A stretch of DNA of 64,000 nucleotides from NCBI GenBank assembly GCA_000320545.1, contig ADNK01002555.1, forward strand, positions 29,284-93,283, read 5' to 3'. This DNA comes from Bigelowiella natans CCMP2755. Taxonomy: Eukaryota > Protista > Cercozoa. A model generated the notes under the pieces. It ran no database searches. It saw only the letters and a list, made by a program, of their open reading frames with translations, and had not been told where the DNA came from. The translations under genes and the position numbers were made by a program. Of this stretch, positions 28,780-38,600 are shown in pieces. The first letter of the stretch is position 1, and each line of letters starts with the position of its first letter.

Positions 28780-29100
28780 CACACTCACACACACACACAC
28801 ACACACACACACATGCACACACATACACACACATACACACATACACATGCACGCACGCACGCATACATGCACATACACACGCACACAATGTGAGCGACAA
28901 TACTCTTGATACGCACACAATGTGAGCAACAATACTCTTGATACGCACACAATGTGAGCAACAATACTCTTGATACGCAAATAATGTGAGCAACAATACT
29001 CTGGATACGTAGTATAAAGAAAGGCAATTGGTAGAAATTAATCTCGTGTTTGGTTTTCTGTTGGACTTGAAAATGATATGCACGTTGTTTATATCAATAT
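22480..29100 (-). CDS. Amino acid/auxin permease (Aa_trans, AAAP family), multi-exon; ends approximate
   Basis: Minus-strand exons in family order: ATQVPYAMGQMGWTYGPIG (~28646-28700), VAEEAFGSNGYILMQILQ (~27750-27836), GIMSAAANLVFSYGSHA|VMPEEVREM, AVVGMWGFWAFG, VAEAFLGFGLQNMVSLVG|AISVTALTFYLPFVLHFK, GYILGATLGIFLCGAGVYFTIKNIMEQ (~23053-23133). Confidence 0.85.
28879..29009. repeat. 32-bp minisatellite x4 (ACGCACACAATGTGAGCAACAATACTCTTGAT)
   Basis: Units start at 28879, 28911, 28943 and 28975. Confidence 0.95.
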
Positions 29101-29934
29101 TCCCCATTGTGCCAAATAAATTATCATATGTTAGGATAAATCCTCGCATACCCCAAACATGTAAAAGAAGACCTGAAAACACAAAAAATTATTCCAACAT
29201 TAACAAACCATCCAATAGCAAAGTTCTCTCAGCTAAGTCTGCTCAGTAGAATGATGATTCAAATGACATAGTAGAAGTCACACAGAACACTCACAAGCCA
29301 GAAATGAGCTCACTCACATTGAAAGCAGCTTGAGAGGCTGTGCACTTCTGCAGGGTGGAATGATCTATCCTTACACCATCTTTCTCCATTCCTTGTTTTT
29401 CCTCCTACATGATGGATCAATGATGATGACACATGTAAAACATAACAAAGAATGCAATAGGCGTCGCTATCAAATGCTCCTTTCTTTCCTTGTTACTTAC
29501 ATCCATGGATCCTGGCATTGAATCAGATAATACTATTCCCTCCTGTGGGCAAACAGAGGTTGGGATGTGAGCCGAGCCTCGGAGAGACAAGGCACCGACC
29601 AAGATTTATTAAGCCACAAATCCTAAAAATATCTGAACTAAATTTTTACGAATCCCAATGATTTTGTGTTTGCGACAACCTCTTCATTCAAATTAATCTA
29701 GTAATTTTATTTAATATCTGAAAATCATTTCGCATCATTGTTCTCATTCTCTTTCACAACCACTGTGCTGGCGTTGAACCCCCGCACCCCAAGAAGCACA
29801 CAACCATGACAAAGAGAATGCAGAAGATACTCCTTAGATGACCCTTCATTTAAGAAACCAAACCGGCACAAGCTTGCATGTTTGAGATCTAGGACTACTC
29901 GGCCAAAATGGAACCAAAAAATTGTGGCCGAGCA

Positions 29935-30260
29935 TGTAGCGCGTACCACTACGCGGGCACAAGTCACGTGCGACAACAAAGGGGTTGTCGCGGATATAGA
30001 ATATAGATAACGTAGATATTAATACAGCATAGGCACGTGGGTTCCGGCGGGACTCATGGCAGCACACCGGAAGTGTGCTGCCCCACGTGCGGCGGCATTC
30101 GCGAAAGCTTCGCGAATGATTACGCAGTGCACGATTTAATAAAAATATAATCTTTAATAAAAATAAACACAACTCTTCAAAAGGAAGCAAACGTGCCTTT
30201 CCCCCCCCCTGCCTACTTGTGCACGTAGCGCCTCGGCCTGTGAACACCTTACGCGCAACA
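29935..30260 (+). repeat. 5' LTR (326 bp)
   Basis: TGTAGCGCGTA...TACGCGCAACA (11-bp terminal inverted repeat, 1 mismatch); matches the 3' LTR except C9 vs C8. Confidence 0.97.
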
Positions 30261-30265
30261 ACCTT

Positions 30266-30282
30266 TGGCTTCCACACACGGG
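30266..30282 (+). promoter_or_regulatory. Putative primer-binding site TGGCTTCCACACACGGG
   Basis: TGG starts 5 nt after the LTR; complementary to a tRNA-like 3' end ...CCCGUGUGUGGAAG-CCA. tRNA identity not established (loosely Glu/Asp-like). Confidence 0.55.
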
Positions 30283-30299
30283 AAACGATTTGACTAACA

Positions 30300-33200
30300 A
30301 TGTCACAGCAGCTAGAAGAACAGCAGGACTTTGGCTCGCAGGCCGTGCAAGGGCACGAGCAGAAACAGGAAAGGAAGGGCGATACGGACGCTAAGGAAGG
30401 AGGAGGAACACCTCCACAGGCACCGCCGGGACCAGCACCCGGGATTAAGAAAGCAGATGCAGCAGCAGAGGCACTGGAGAACTTCTACGAGGCGGACGAC
30501 GAGGACGTGGCCGCCGAAAGCAAGAAGGTCGTAATGGCATTACGAGCCTTGCGACCCAGGGCGAGCAACTACGCCAAACTGAAAGTATCGATAGAATACA
30601 AGTATCAGACACATGATGTTTGGGCAGCTATCATGCAGGACATCATGGATTACGAAGCAGACTTACCTCCAGAGTGGGCAGCTTTGTTTAGGAACGACGG
30701 GGGTCTGGGCGCCTCGCGGGGGACGACCCAGAGCACCGTCAAGCAGCAGCAGCCGGTACAGCGGAACACCCAGTTCATGTCTGTTAAAACAGCACCGGTT
30801 ATGATAACGAAATACAACGGGAAAAGAGGTGAGGCAAGGAGGTGGTGGAAGAACGCTAGGAGTATACTCTGCGACTTTACCCCTAACCCCACCGAAAACG
30901 ACAAGCTCAAATGGCTAGCTATAATAAAGCAAGCCATGGACCTTTACGAGACGGGCAGGACCCGGATCAGGCAGCTAGAGAAAATACACACTACAGTTAG
31001 TGGGCTACGAGACGTTGAGGCGATAATGAAGGCTTTTGTAAATGAACAGGATGCTAACTCCCTACCCCAGGCTATTAGAAAATACAGAGCAATGATGCAG
31101 CATGAGAGAGAACCTGTTAGAGACTTTGCCACGCGCTTCCAGGATATGATCGACGAACTACATGATTTTAATTACAACACAGGTGATGATCAGGCAAGGT
31201 TTGAAGAGTTCAAGTTAAAGATAAAGGAATCCACTTACGTTACGGAGAAAGGCTACACCACGATGGAGGCAGCAGTGCAGGCTATATCCCTACGCGAGCA
31301 GGAGCAGGACCGCAAGTTTACCAGCCCTAAGGTACCTGGCATAGGAAACATTAACGCTATTAAGCCGCAGCGAGACTGGTACAAGGACAGGGAAGGTAAC
31401 CGACGTTGCGGATACTGCTCACGTAAAGGGAAACACACCGCTAAAGACTGCAGAGACAGGAAAGAAGGACGACCCAGGATGACGATCAGGCAGCTCAACG
31501 AACACTACGAGAAGTTAAAGAGAAAGAAAGGCAGAGGACAAGGATATAACAACAGCAAATGGCAAGGCAGCAACAACGGGAAGAACAATAAATATAAGAA
31601 CAAAAAGCAGAACAGTATCAATGCTATACAGCAGCAGATAAACGGAATATTAGATCACCTTAAGCAGGCGCCGACGAAGACAGCAGTACCAGCAACGCAG
31701 GACCAAGACAAGCCCATGACCCTAGACGACATAAAGAACTTAGGAGTATGCAACATTAATGACGAAGACGCTAACAGGACTATCAAAGTTGCTATGACCA
31801 AGGTTAAAGTTAAAGACAGCTACGGAGACTACAAGAAACTACCTGCCCTTTGGGATAGTGGCAGCATGCCGAAGTCCTTCATAAGCCTAAGCACAGTAAG
31901 AAGGTTAGGACTATTGGATCAAGTGACTAAGAAAGAACGTAAATATGCTCAAGCAGACGGAAGCTCTTCCATGAAGACCGTCGGTGAGCTAATGCTAAAG
32001 CTACAGATACCTGGCAGCGACGCGGAGACCCAAATCAAGACCCGAGTAGCCATGACTTTATCCATGGAACTACTCCTCGGACAGGATGCCCTAGAAAAAT
32101 TAGGGGGGATCATATCATTCTACAATCACAAGATATACTTTGCTAAGTTGCCAAAGAAGTCAGGCAGGACCATCAGCCAGAACATGATACGGCTTGACGA
32201 GTGGACCTCTGAGTCAAGCGTTAATGCGTTAGAGTTTATGGACCTAGCGGACAACAAGCTACCTACACCTACCGAGCTACGGAAGAAGAACCCCGGCAAG
32301 ACCATCCGACAGATAACGGAGCTACTGGACAAGACCCCCCCAGCTGATGATTGGGATATCGACAAAGGCAAAAAGTACATTAATAAAATATTAAACGAGA
32401 AGTACTCTGACATCACCAAGCCGACGACGAAGCCCTCCAGCAAGCTTACCCCAGTAAAGATCGAGCTAAAGAAGGGATACGAAGAGTGCATCATCAATGA
32501 CCCAGAACATAGGCGACCGGAAGCGGACTGGGAAAAGATAGAGTGGCAGATCAATGAATGGGCAAAGGAAGGGAAGATAGAGCCAAGCAACTCACCATGG
32601 AACGTGAGACATGTGCTAGCTAAGAAACCTACTTACCCTTTCTTCCGCCTGGCGCACAACTTCATCCGCCACAACCGAGTAATAAAGAGGATCCAGACAC
32701 CTACACCAAGGATAGATGACGTTATTGAACACGTCATAGGATACAAATACTACTCTTCCCTAGATAAAAATGAATCATACATGCAGACACCCATCCACAA
32801 AACCTCCCGCCCCATTACCGCGTTCTCCAGCAGGCACAGGAAGTGGCACTTCGTCGTATTCCCTTACGGCCTAAGCATATCAGGGGATGCGTTCAGTAGT
32901 CAGAACTACAGGGCATACACACATGATGGGATGGCGTCTGTGTTGTGGGTGTTTGTGTTTGTGTATGTGGATGATGACATAATATGTACCAACACAGTCG
33001 TCGCTCAGATCTTCCTCCTGGAAAATATATTTATTAGGTTTGCACACTTCGGTTTTACTATTAGACTGCAGAAGTGTACATTCCTAGCTACAAGAATCAA
33101 GTGGTGTGGATATTACCTGGAGCAAGGCCGCATCACCCCAAACCCCGAGAAAGTAGCAGCACTACAGCAAGCCCCTAAACCTAAGAATGCAAAGGAGTTA

Positions 33201-35273
33201 AAGTCATTCTTGCAGACTGCAGCTTGGATACTACGTAGGTTCTCCCCTACCTACGCTAGGACTGCAGCTGCTTTTACTACTGCTTACCGGAAGGAGAACT
33301 CTGTAGGCCTCAGCTTCGCTAAGGTGTGGGCCAAGGCTGGCCTTGATGCCCACTTCGATAACCTAATAAAGTTATGCAGCAACACCCTATTGAATGCTAA
33401 GCTAGACACTACTAGACCAGCTACCCTATGGACAGACTGGTCTAAGCTAGGTATGGCTGCTGTACTTACCCAAGACCAGCAGATCATACGGGTGTGGGGC
33501 AGGGCCTGCACAGCAGCTGAGGCCAAGTACAGCCCTACAAAAGGAGAGTATAAAGCCATGACTGAGGCGCAGAGGAAACTAAGATACTACCTGCTGTCGG
33601 TGCCCAGCTTCACCTTAATGACTGACCACAAGCCCCTCCTAGGCATCGACCGCAAGCTCGAAGCGCCTAACGATGAGTATGCAGCTATGAGGGCGGACAC
33701 GGAAGAGTTTAGGGACAAGAGGACAGTGGTCTACGCACCAGGAGACAAGCAGCTTGCTGACTATTTCAGCAGGCTGTTCGAAAAGAAAGTCCCTACCCAG
33801 GTCACCCCTATGGTTAACGCGATTACCTTCGAGGACGGCGACTTCCTGCCTGAGCCAGAGGAGCTCCAGCACCTTCAAGAACACCTGGATAAATACAAAC
33901 ACAAGCATGAGGTACTTAGTGATAGGATATATGTATACACTAATAATGTTAGGCGTACCTACGTGCCACGGCGGACCAGGGGAGCCCTTCTCTTTACCGC
34001 CCATGGACCTGCACACGTAGGAGAAAACCATATCACTGCTCTACTCTACCATTACTACTGGCCCTACAAGCTAAAAGAGATAAGGACATACCTGCGTGGC
34101 TGCAGGTGCTCCAGCTTGAAGGCGGCAGGCGTCGCCACCAAGGAGTCCAGCAAGAGCCGTGCATCTAAGAAAATCAAAGCAAGGAACTTCTTAGATATCG
34201 TGCAAATTGATGTTTATAAGTACGATGGCTATCACTACCTTACCTTCGTTGATGTGGCCACTGGAAAGTGCTGGGTTAAAAAGATTATCAAGGTCAACGT
34301 TGCTAAGAAGAACAAAGGCTTATATAAGCAGAGGCTTACTAACTGCTACCGTACCTGGGAGTCTGAGCTCCAGGCTATCCCTGATGAAGTTAGCATAAAC
34401 AAGATACCAAAGAAGTTACATGTGGATAATGAGACCTCTCTTCTACAGCTACCACACCCTAATATTGATGCCTCACCTGTATACTATGCCCAGTCCAACT
34501 CCAAGGTAGAGCGACTCCACCGCACCTTGGCCAACCTAAGCAGGATAAATAGCACCACACCAGACAAGATACAAGGGTTAGTAAACGACACCTTCACGTC
34601 TGGGGGAGGTATCAAGGATAAGGAGAGGGAAGAAGGCGACGACAACGACGACGATACCGAGAGCGAAGACGAGAAGGTCCCGTACGATGGCCGAGTTCTA
34701 AAGGAAGGACAGTATGTTAGGGCCAAGGTAAATCTGAGATCGAGAAATAAACAAGACCCCTTCTGGGGTGGCGTTGCAAAGGTTACCGAGAGGAAGGGGA
34801 GGAAGCAGTACTACATCTATGATGGGAACAGGGTCACCTTGCGCCACATCAGTCACCTAAAGAATTATGATATCGGTGAGAAGCTCCTAGAGGATGTTAA
34901 AGTAAACCCTACTGTGTGGGAGCGAGCAATGCCTTGTTTAGGACCCCGACCTAAGTTCGATGTGGAATATGGAAACAATAAGGTCAGGGTGAACGACGAT
35001 TGGCGCATGAAGATTGTCTATCTAGGCTACCCTGGATTACGAAATATGGAGAGGGTAGCTATGAAAATAAAGGACGGAAAATATCAGCTACTCTACCTAG
35101 CTGTTCCCGACTTACCCTTTGAGCACTGGTATAAGGTCCTGGGGGACCTTGATGCAGAGGGCTGGTATGGACACGAACCTAAGGACGAAGGTGAGTTCTG
35201 GGTAAGCGACAAAGGAGATAAGGTTAGAGAGGAATCTATTACCTGGTGGTTGGTGAAGTTCCGAAAGCGATGA
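30300..35273 (+). CDS. Gag-Pol polyprotein (1657 aa) with a C-terminal Dam/DIRS-MT-like domain
   Basis: Zn knuckle CGYCSRKGKHTAKDC; protease ALWDSGS; RT PSNSPW, PYGL, YVDD (32964-32975); RNase H WTDWS, TDHKPL; integrase HGPAH..CRC, D 34209, D 34425, E 34509; SH3/GPY-like tail; extra ~130 aa (34869-35273). Confidence 0.97.
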   Translation: MSQQLEEQQDFGSQAVQGHEQKQERKGDTDAKEGGGTPPQAPPGPAPGIKKADAAAEALENFYEADDEDVAAESKKVVMALRALRPRASNYAKLKVSIEYKYQTHDVWAAIMQDIMDYEADLPPEWAALFRNDGGLGASRGTTQSTVKQQQPVQRNTQFMSVKTAPVMITKYNGKRGEARRWWKNARSILCDFTPNPTENDKLKWLAIIKQAMDLYETGRTRIRQLEKIHTTVSGLRDVEAIMKAFVNEQDANSLPQAIRKYRAMMQHEREPVRDFATRFQDMIDELHDFNYNTGDDQARFEEFKLKIKESTYVTEKGYTTMEAAVQAISLREQEQDRKFTSPKVPGIGNINAIKPQRDWYKDREGNRRCGYCSRKGKHTAKDCRDRKEGRPRMTIRQLNEHYEKLKRKKGRGQGYNNSKWQGSNNGKNNKYKNKKQNSINAIQQQINGILDHLKQAPTKTAVPATQDQDKPMTLDDIKNLGVCNINDEDANRTIKVAMTKVKVKDSYGDYKKLPALWDSGSMPKSFISLSTVRRLGLLDQVTKKERKYAQADGSSSMKTVGELMLKLQIPGSDAETQIKTRVAMTLSMELLLGQDALEKLGGIISFYNHKIYFAKLPKKSGRTISQNMIRLDEWTSESSVNALEFMDLADNKLPTPTELRKKNPGKTIRQITELLDKTPPADDWDIDKGKKYINKILNEKYSDITKPTTKPSSKLTPVKIELKKGYEECIINDPEHRRPEADWEKIEWQINEWAKEGKIEPSNSPWNVRHVLAKKPTYPFFRLAHNFIRHNRVIKRIQTPTPRIDDVIEHVIGYKYYSSLDKNESYMQTPIHKTSRPITAFSSRHRKWHFVVFPYGLSISGDAFSSQNYRAYTHDGMASVLWVFVFVYVDDDIICTNTVVAQIFLLENIFIRFAHFGFTIRLQKCTFLATRIKWCGYYLEQGRITPNPEKVAALQQAPKPKNAKELKSFLQTAAWILRRFSPTYARTAAAFTTAYRKENSVGLSFAKVWAKAGLDAHFDNLIKLCSNTLLNAKLDTTRPATLWTDWSKLGMAAVLTQDQQIIRVWGRACTAAEAKYSPTKGEYKAMTEAQRKLRYYLLSVPSFTLMTDHKPLLGIDRKLEAPNDEYAAMRADTEEFRDKRTVVYAPGDKQLADYFSRLFEKKVPTQVTPMVNAITFEDGDFLPEPEELQHLQEHLDKYKHKHEVLSDRIYVYTNNVRRTYVPRRTRGALLFTAHGPAHVGENHITALLYHYYWPYKLKEIRTYLRGCRCSSLKAAGVATKESSKSRASKKIKARNFLDIVQIDVYKYDGYHYLTFVDVATGKCWVKKIIKVNVAKKNKGLYKQRLTNCYRTWESELQAIPDEVSINKIPKKLHVDNETSLLQLPHPNIDASPVYYAQSNSKVERLHRTLANLSRINSTTPDKIQGLVNDTFTSGGGIKDKEREEGDDNDDDTESEDEKVPYDGRVLKEGQYVRAKVNLRSRNKQDPFWGGVAKVTERKGRKQYYIYDGNRVTLRHISHLKNYDIGEKLLEDVKVNPTVWERAMPCLGPRPKFDVEYGNNKVRVNDDWRMKIVYLGYPGLRNMERVAMKIKDGKYQLLYLAVPDLPFEHWYKVLGDLDAEGWYGHEPKDEGEFWVSDKGDKVREESITWWLVKFRKR

Positions 35274-35281
35274 AGGTCTAA

Positions 35282-35324
35282 GGGAATAAGGAAGGAAGGA
35301 AGGAGCAACGTGACTTGGGGGAGG
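35282..35324 (+). promoter_or_regulatory. Polypurine tract (core GGGGGAGG abutting the 3' LTR)
   Basis: Purine-rich GGGAATAAGGAAGGAAGGAAGGAG...GGGGGAGG immediately before the TG of the 3' LTR. Confidence 0.85.
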
Positions 35325-35649
35325 TGTAGCGCGTACCACTACGCGGGCACAAGTCACGTGCGACAACAAAGGGGTTGTCGCGGATATAGAATATAGATAA
35401 CGTAGATATTAATACAGCATAGGCACGTGGGTTCCGGCGGGACTCATGGCAGCACACCGGAAGTGTGCTGCCCCACGTGCGGCGGCATTCGCGAAAGCTT
35501 CGCGAATGATTACGCAGTGCACGATTTAATAAAAATATAATCTTTAATAAAAATAAACACAACTCTTCAAAAGGAAGCAAACGTGCCTTTCCCCCCCCTG
35601 CCTACTTGTGCACGTAGCGCCTCGGCCTGTGAACACCTTACGCGCAACA
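35325..35649 (+). repeat. 3' LTR (325 bp)
   Basis: Copy of the 5' LTR. Confidence 0.97.
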
Positions 35650-35653
35650 AGCA

Positions 35654-38600
35654 TCCCGATCGAGCGATTGTTGAGTTTTGAGTGACAATCGGCCAAACGA
35701 GTTTCGGTCAAAAATGCATCCTTTCGAACGCCCAACCAAAACGTGTGAGGCGATTTGCTCATTTTCTTGGTTGTTGCAAGCTAGCAAGGCTGTGATTCAC
35801 GTGTTGCTCAGCGCTGCATGCACAATTTTGCTGCATCTGCTCTGCAAGTCTGGCCGGTGCTTCTGCAATGCGCGAGCACCTCTTTGTGCGCGCGTGTCTA
35901 GACGCACTGACGGCTGCGATGCGATGCTGCAAAATGATCGAAGCACCATGGCAAGTCACATCAGCACACGTTGCACTGTGGCACTCGCGTCCATCTCCAA
36001 ATCTCCAAATTCAGCTCTGGAGCCATCTTTCCACCTGCAGATCTGGCTGTCTTGTGCTCAGTGTCCATGATGTCACGTCTGTCCCAAACTCTGGTTGCAG
36101 CTGCAATCAGCGCAATGCCGCCGCGTGATGTAATCAACTGTCTGAAGCAAAACAAATGACACTCGGGGGCTCCATTGTGGCGCAGCAGCCAAACGCAAAC
36201 TGATCAACAATGACGCCCGCAGGCTCGATGCAACGCACGCAAGCTGCCTGCAACGCGCGCGTGCCTGAGTGCCGTGGGTGCCACGGTGCGCTAGCGACGT
36301 CTTTGCCATTCAAGTCAGTTTTTGAGCCCTTCTAGCTAGCCATGCCAGCTTGATTGCCAAGCCGCTCTGGCGCTGTGCGTCTAGCCATGACTAGCTCTGG
36401 GGACACCATCACGCCGTGTCACATGACCATTGAGCGTGCTGGCGTGTGCGTTACTGGATCGACTTGCATTGCTAGGTTGCGTGCAAGCAGGCGCGATGCA
36501 ACACGCTCTGCTGGTCTGATCTGGTGATCCAGTGATCTGCGTGATGCACGTGAGCAAGTGAGAGGAATCTGGGACGTGATGAAACGTTTTTTTCAATCAT
36601 TGTCCCAGCGTGGCTAGGTGGCTTGCTGCACCAGTCTAGCAGTGCATTTGCAAGTGAATTGCTGCAGTGTTGCGCGCATGGCGGTCGGTCAGAGACCAAG
36701 TGGATGCACGCACATGCACGTGTTCATCACAGCAATGATTGCAAGTCAGAGACTCAGTGCACGTGTGAACACACGCGTGTCTCTCACGCTAGCATCGCGC
36801 CATTTGTTTTGCCCACAACCAGTCAAAACCGTGCGCATCGCACTGGTCACAATGGTCTAGCTGTGTGCGGGTTCCAAATGGAACTTTCATGCATTGTTTG
36901 TTTCAACAGGTTCATCAGCGCATCTAGCTGCACCAGCACAGGTGTGGAGGCGGACACTTTGAACTTGAAACTGCAACCACCAGAAAACATCGCCCGCGCG
37001 CATTGCGTGCATGCCTAGATGTGCACCTTGCTGCACGTTTGCAGCCCAACGCTGAGATTTGCTGGGTGACGATCCAGCGTCAGGCAGCCTCGTTGGCGAA
37101 TCGCACTGTGGCTGACATTTGAACGCCCAATGATCTGAAAATCGCCACTTGAAAAATGAGCACATGTGCAAGTTCGTGCAATGTTCGGTCGCCGCAGAGC
37201 TCCCACGCACTTGCTTGATGTGCATTGAAACAGGTTCATCACAAAGTTCACAAAAGGTTCAATGTGAAATCAACTTGGCTGCATCAAAGCTTGAAAAGTC
37301 GATCCATTCCAGACCAAATTGCATCACGTTGAACAAGTCACGTGTGACTTGCAAAATCGCCACGTCGACGCACGCTGACCATGCTAGCATGGTCCAGTTT
37401 TGCAGTGCCAAGGTGGTGCATTGAGTTTTGCCAGTTTGGTCCAATTTTTCATTTCTTTGCAAATTCGAAACGGGGTCGACGAGACCTTTCACAAGTGCAT
37501 CAACCATTTTCATCAGATCAGAACGCCCGAGAAAGCACTTGAGATTCAAAAATCATCAACAATGCGCCAAAACAAGTGGTTTGACGCTGTTTTGAACCAA
37601 AGTGACCATTCAGACTGTTTTTTTTGGCTCGAGCACTTTCCAGTGCATTTCAATGAAGATGATTCTGACACGTCTAGACACGTCAAAGATGGCTCGATGG
37701 TGTGCATGCACTGTTCACGACGTGTGCACAACCTAGCAATGCGCACTGTGTGCACCGCTGGACTGTGTCTGCACGTGGTGCCACGGTGGTGCAGTGGCGC
37801 ACGTTGTCAACTTCACAGGGCCAGAGCTGAAGAAGGTGCACTCTGTTGCTGTGTGTCCCATTGTGACTCTGTCGCATCACGCAGCAGCACCTGGCTAGCT
37901 GGTGACCATTGGGGTTTGAACAAATCATGTTTGACACGAGCGCTCTGGCGGTGCTCTCAGTTGTTCCATTGCAGGATTGTTGCACACGCTAGCACGCACC
38001 GTCGATGGTTCAACGCGCACAATTGGACATTCCAGCATTGTTTGAAGCACACTGCTGATGTCAATTCGGCACGCAGTTTGAACTCAGATTTTGTCCAAGC
38101 AAGTTTTCTCGTCAGCTTGTGAATCACAAACAGGTCAAACCTGCAACGAACTTTGTGTTTGAGCAAGCAAGAGAGAAGCGTGCACACAGTTCCTGCACAC
38201 ACATGTCTCCAACCTTGTGTGCCCAATTCACACATCAGCTCTTTCGCTTCTCACCATGGCTCATCTGGTCGTGTGCAGTGTGCACGTTGGCACACAAGTG
38301 CACGCATGCATCCATGCATGCATGTGCACGGACGCACTTGTGACAATCTCCATGCATTGCTGTCGTGTGTGTTGTGCAATTGCGTGCCATTGCGTGCCAT
38401 TTCAGACAATGCTGCCAGCTGTGCCAGTGTGCTGGCATGGTGCGTGATGGCACACGCTGCACGTGCACGTGTTGTTTGGTCCAGTGGCACAAGTGGAGTC
38501 ATCCAGTCATGAACGGCACGTGTGCACTCAAAAGTGCACACGTGCGGGCACACGCCAGCAAGGTGACAGACCAGTCACGTGTGGTTCCCTTGCATGCTAG

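Larger units (their letters stand above)
29935..35649 (+). mobile_element. Full-length, very recent Ty3/gypsy LTR retrotransposon (5715 bp)
   Basis: TG...CA LTRs at both ends, 4-bp TSD AGCA (29931-29934 and 35650-35653), PBS-like TGG tract, PPT, and a single ORF with Gag-PR-RT-RH-IN order. Confidence 0.98.

Noticed and set aside
28879-29009. CRISPR-like array (32-bp repeats)
   Set aside because: No spacers, eukaryotic intron, no cas genes; plain minisatellite.
30033-30090. Hammerhead ribozyme on the minus strand of the LTR (..CTGCCATGAGTCCCGCCGGAAC..)
   Set aside because: Lacks an intact CUGANGA and GAAA core.
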